This document shows, piece by piece, positions 57,373 to 60,000 of a stretch of 60,000 nucleotides of DNA. The notes under the pieces were generated by a model that saw only the letters and a program-made list of their open reading frames with translations, was not told the origin of the DNA and ran no database searches. Position 1 is the first letter of the stretch. Each line of letters begins with the position of its first letter. This DNA is from Felis catus (lineage: Eukaryota): contig NC_058369.1 in assembly GCF_018350175.1 (NCBI RefSeq), positions 13,332,001 through 13,392,000 of the forward strand, read 5' to 3'. A program made the position numbers and the translations under genes.

Positions 57373-58399
57373 CCCTCGCAATGATGTATGAGAGAACAAC
57401 CCGGGGAGAGGGAGGCTCCTGGAGGGGGGGACAGAAGGCGGGAGGAGGAGCCAGCCAGGTGGCAGTTGGGAGAACGGCATACTTGGCAGCAGGGACAGCA
57501 AGTGCAAGGGTCCTGAGGCAGAAATGAGGTTGGCACGTTTGAGGAACAGTGAGGAGGCTGCTGTGACTGGAACAGAATGAGCGAGGGGGAGAGAGGAGGA
57601 AGAGGAAGACCGAAGGATCTGCAGGCAGGGGCTGAGGTCAAGAAATAGACTGCCGCGCCGTGGGGAACCATGGAGGGTGTGTGAGCAGAGAGGGACAGGG
57701 TCTGGTTTATGATTTTCAAAAGCCTCTGTGACTACTGTGGAGAGCAGGGACTGGTGGGGCAGGAGTGGAAGCGGCAGAAGGCCGGAGGGGAGCCCAGGAG
57801 GCAACTGGGTAGAGTGAGCTCCGCCAGGACTGGATAGAGGCAGAGACGAAGAGAAGTGGGCAGATTCTGGGACTAAGCTGGGCGTGGAGGATGGACTGTG
57901 TGTGGCCAGTTTTCTGCCCAATGCTGAGGAACCACAGGGAGGAGGGAGAGATTTGTTGTGCTCTGGGAAATCTGGGAAGGCATCCTGGAAGAGGTGGTGT
58001 TCTTGCTCTTTGAGCTGGGTCTGGTCGGGCAAGTAGGTCTTTGCTGGTGTCCAACTGGAGTTGTGCTGAGGGTCAAATTGTACAGATGCCACGAGGGCCA
58101 TGGGGAGCCACCGAGCATTCAGAATTAGAAGCAACATAATGAGATTTTAGCAAGGAAATATCCCTCGGGGGCGCGTGGCAGAGACTGGACGGGCGCCAGA
58201 GAAGTCAGGAAGGCGCTTGAAATGGTTCAGATCCCGATCAGGCTAGTAGCAACTGGGAGCATCCGGTGAGCGCTTGCTGTGTGCCTAGCACATCTGAGGG
58301 GGATTGGATCCCCAGCCCCTCTCACTGCCCTCGGAGGGCCCCGCTGCCCCGCTGAAGAAACTGAGGCTCAAAGAGGGATGTGCCTTGCCTGTGACCACT

Positions 58400-58805
58400 G
58401 TATGGCTTTCCAGGGGCTGTAGTAATAAATGACTACGACCTGAGAACAACAGAAATGTCGCGTCTCACAGTTCTGGAGGCCAGAGCCTGAGATCCAGGCA
58501 TCGGCAGGGCCACATTCCCTCTGGAGGGTCTAGGGGAGGATCCTTCTTTTTGTCTCTTCCCCTTCCTGGGGGGGGCTTCACGTGTCCCTTGGCTTATGGC
58601 CACATCACTCCAGTCCCTGTATCTGTCTTCACGTGGCCGTCTGAGAAGGACGCTGGTCATTGGGTTAAGGCCCGCCCTCCTCTAGTATGACCTCACGTTA
58701 ATCTCACGTTAATTTCACTGTGTCTGCAAAGACCCTGTTTCCAAATAAGGTCACATTCTGAGGTCCTGGGTGGACTGGAATTTGGGGGGGAATACTCTCC
58801 AAACT
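58400..58805 (-). mobile_element. MaLR LTR (MLT1-like)
   Basis: ctcacagttctggaggccagag...tgcaaagaccctgtttccaaataaggtcacattctgagg. Confidence 0.75.
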
Positions 58806-60000
58806 AGTATGGCCACAAGCAGAATACCCTACTGCAGTCATGCCTTTGCCCCCAGGGCCTATGGTGAAGCAGTGGCCGCAGGGATGGGGACCGAGTGAAT
58901 TTAGGGACAAGGATGGGCAGACCTGGGGTCCCATTAGATGTGGGGGTGGCCGGAAAGGAAGAGTTAGGCTGGAGCCTTCCAGCCTGAGTGTGAGAAGGGA
59001 GGGGACGCTGGTGCCTGGAATAGGGAGGCTGCCGCCAGCTGAATGGAGGAGACAGCCCCCGGGGTGGGGGGTGGGGGTGGGGGGAGGTGGTGGGGATCCC
59101 CTGGTGGGTGTGACAGGGGCTCCCAGGCCAGAGGCTGCTTTGTGGGGAGTCTGTGCTTCCGATAATGCTGCTTCCCTCCCTGCCTGTCACCCCCAGACTC
59201 CCAGCTCCTCCTCCAGAGCAAGGATTAGGTGGGCTGCCCATGGGGAGGACCAGGGGCTGCCAGGCTTAGCACCTCTGTACCCCTCCCTGGCCTCATTTCC
59301 CCCGGGGACCATCTGCAAGGGTCAACTGTATTTACTTACTGTCTCAAGATCTGATCTGGCCTGCTGAAAACACGAGTTCAGGGGACTTTTTTTTGTGTCT
59401 TCACCATGGTATCTCCACTTCGGGTCCATGCCTTGCATATGGGAGGCGCTCAAGAAACACTGATAGAATGAATGAAGCTTCTCTAAGTCCCCAAATCCCA
59501 GAGAGCCCAGGAATAAGCCCTCCGAGATACACACTCCAGCTCCCTTGGGCCTTCCTGTCCCCCCCTTCCTGCCCCTACAATTCACAGGACCCTAAGGGGC
59601 TTAACCCCCCATGACTCCCAGTCTGCTGAGGCCTCGCGCACTCAACCCTGCAGGTGGAACCCCTGCCAGCCTCTGGCTTGCCCCATCCCTTTGCCCCTTC
59701 CCTCCAGCCACACAGGTCTCCCTTCCTTTCCTCAAACATTGCCCACCTCAACGTCTTGATCCTTGCAGCGTCCTCTACCCGATGCACCCTTCTAGCTCTT
59801 CGAGGGCCTGCTCCTTGACCCCTTTTGAATGTCCCCCCTTCCAGGAGGCCTCCCATGACCACCTCAAAGTCTCCCCATCCCCATTCCTATTTTTCTCAAC
59901 TTCATTGGATCTTTTCCTAATACTTTTGTGTATCTAGAATTCTTACTGGTCCCTTTATTTGGAGAGGGTTGTGCCTAGCGTTCTAGAAATGCAGCGCCAC

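Noticed and set aside
57322..58137. 271-aa minus-strand ORF
   Set aside because: Lies in L2/SINE remnants; Ser/Pro/Leu-rich translation typical of pyrimidine-rich repeats
54000..60000. KCNN1 coding exons
   Set aside because: No SK-channel peptide visible in the ORF track or on reading; only putative UTR exons are reported

Overview
Mammalian genomic DNA, most likely a felid: it is dense in carnivore tRNA-derived Can-SINEs, including young feline-type copies with intact target-site duplications. Everything recognisable fits the conserved SLC5A5-CCDC124-KCNN1 block, all on the + strand. (1) A complete 15-exon SLC5A5 (sodium/iodide symporter, NIS) CDS, 5113-16346, 642 aa, all introns GT-AG. (2) About 19 kb of repeat-rich intergenic DNA (SINEs, L1, LTRs, Tigger/MER DNA transposons). 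(3) A complete CCDC124: probable 5' exon ending at 36779 and four coding exons 41906-47994, 223 aa. (4) An orphan CpG island near 50.3-50.9 kb and probable non-coding 5' exons of KCNN1 (about 54.7 and 56.5 kb), whose coding exons would lie beyond the window. I found no convincing novel protein-coding gene, RNA gene or CRISPR-like system; most ORF-track entries are GC-rich or repeat noise. The most notable unexplained signals are near-consensus CTCF motifs whose orientations would loop SLC5A5 and bound CCDC124, a spliced in-frame 40-aa N-terminal extension plus an overlapping uORF in CCDC124, an RFX/NRF1/kB-rich orphan island, recurrent head-to-head SINE pairs with 28-30 nt spacers, a perfect 106-bp intronic duplication, and a 10-bp-phased TTTGCA/octamer array upstream of NIS. 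Repeat family names and comparisons to human come from recall, not from database searches.
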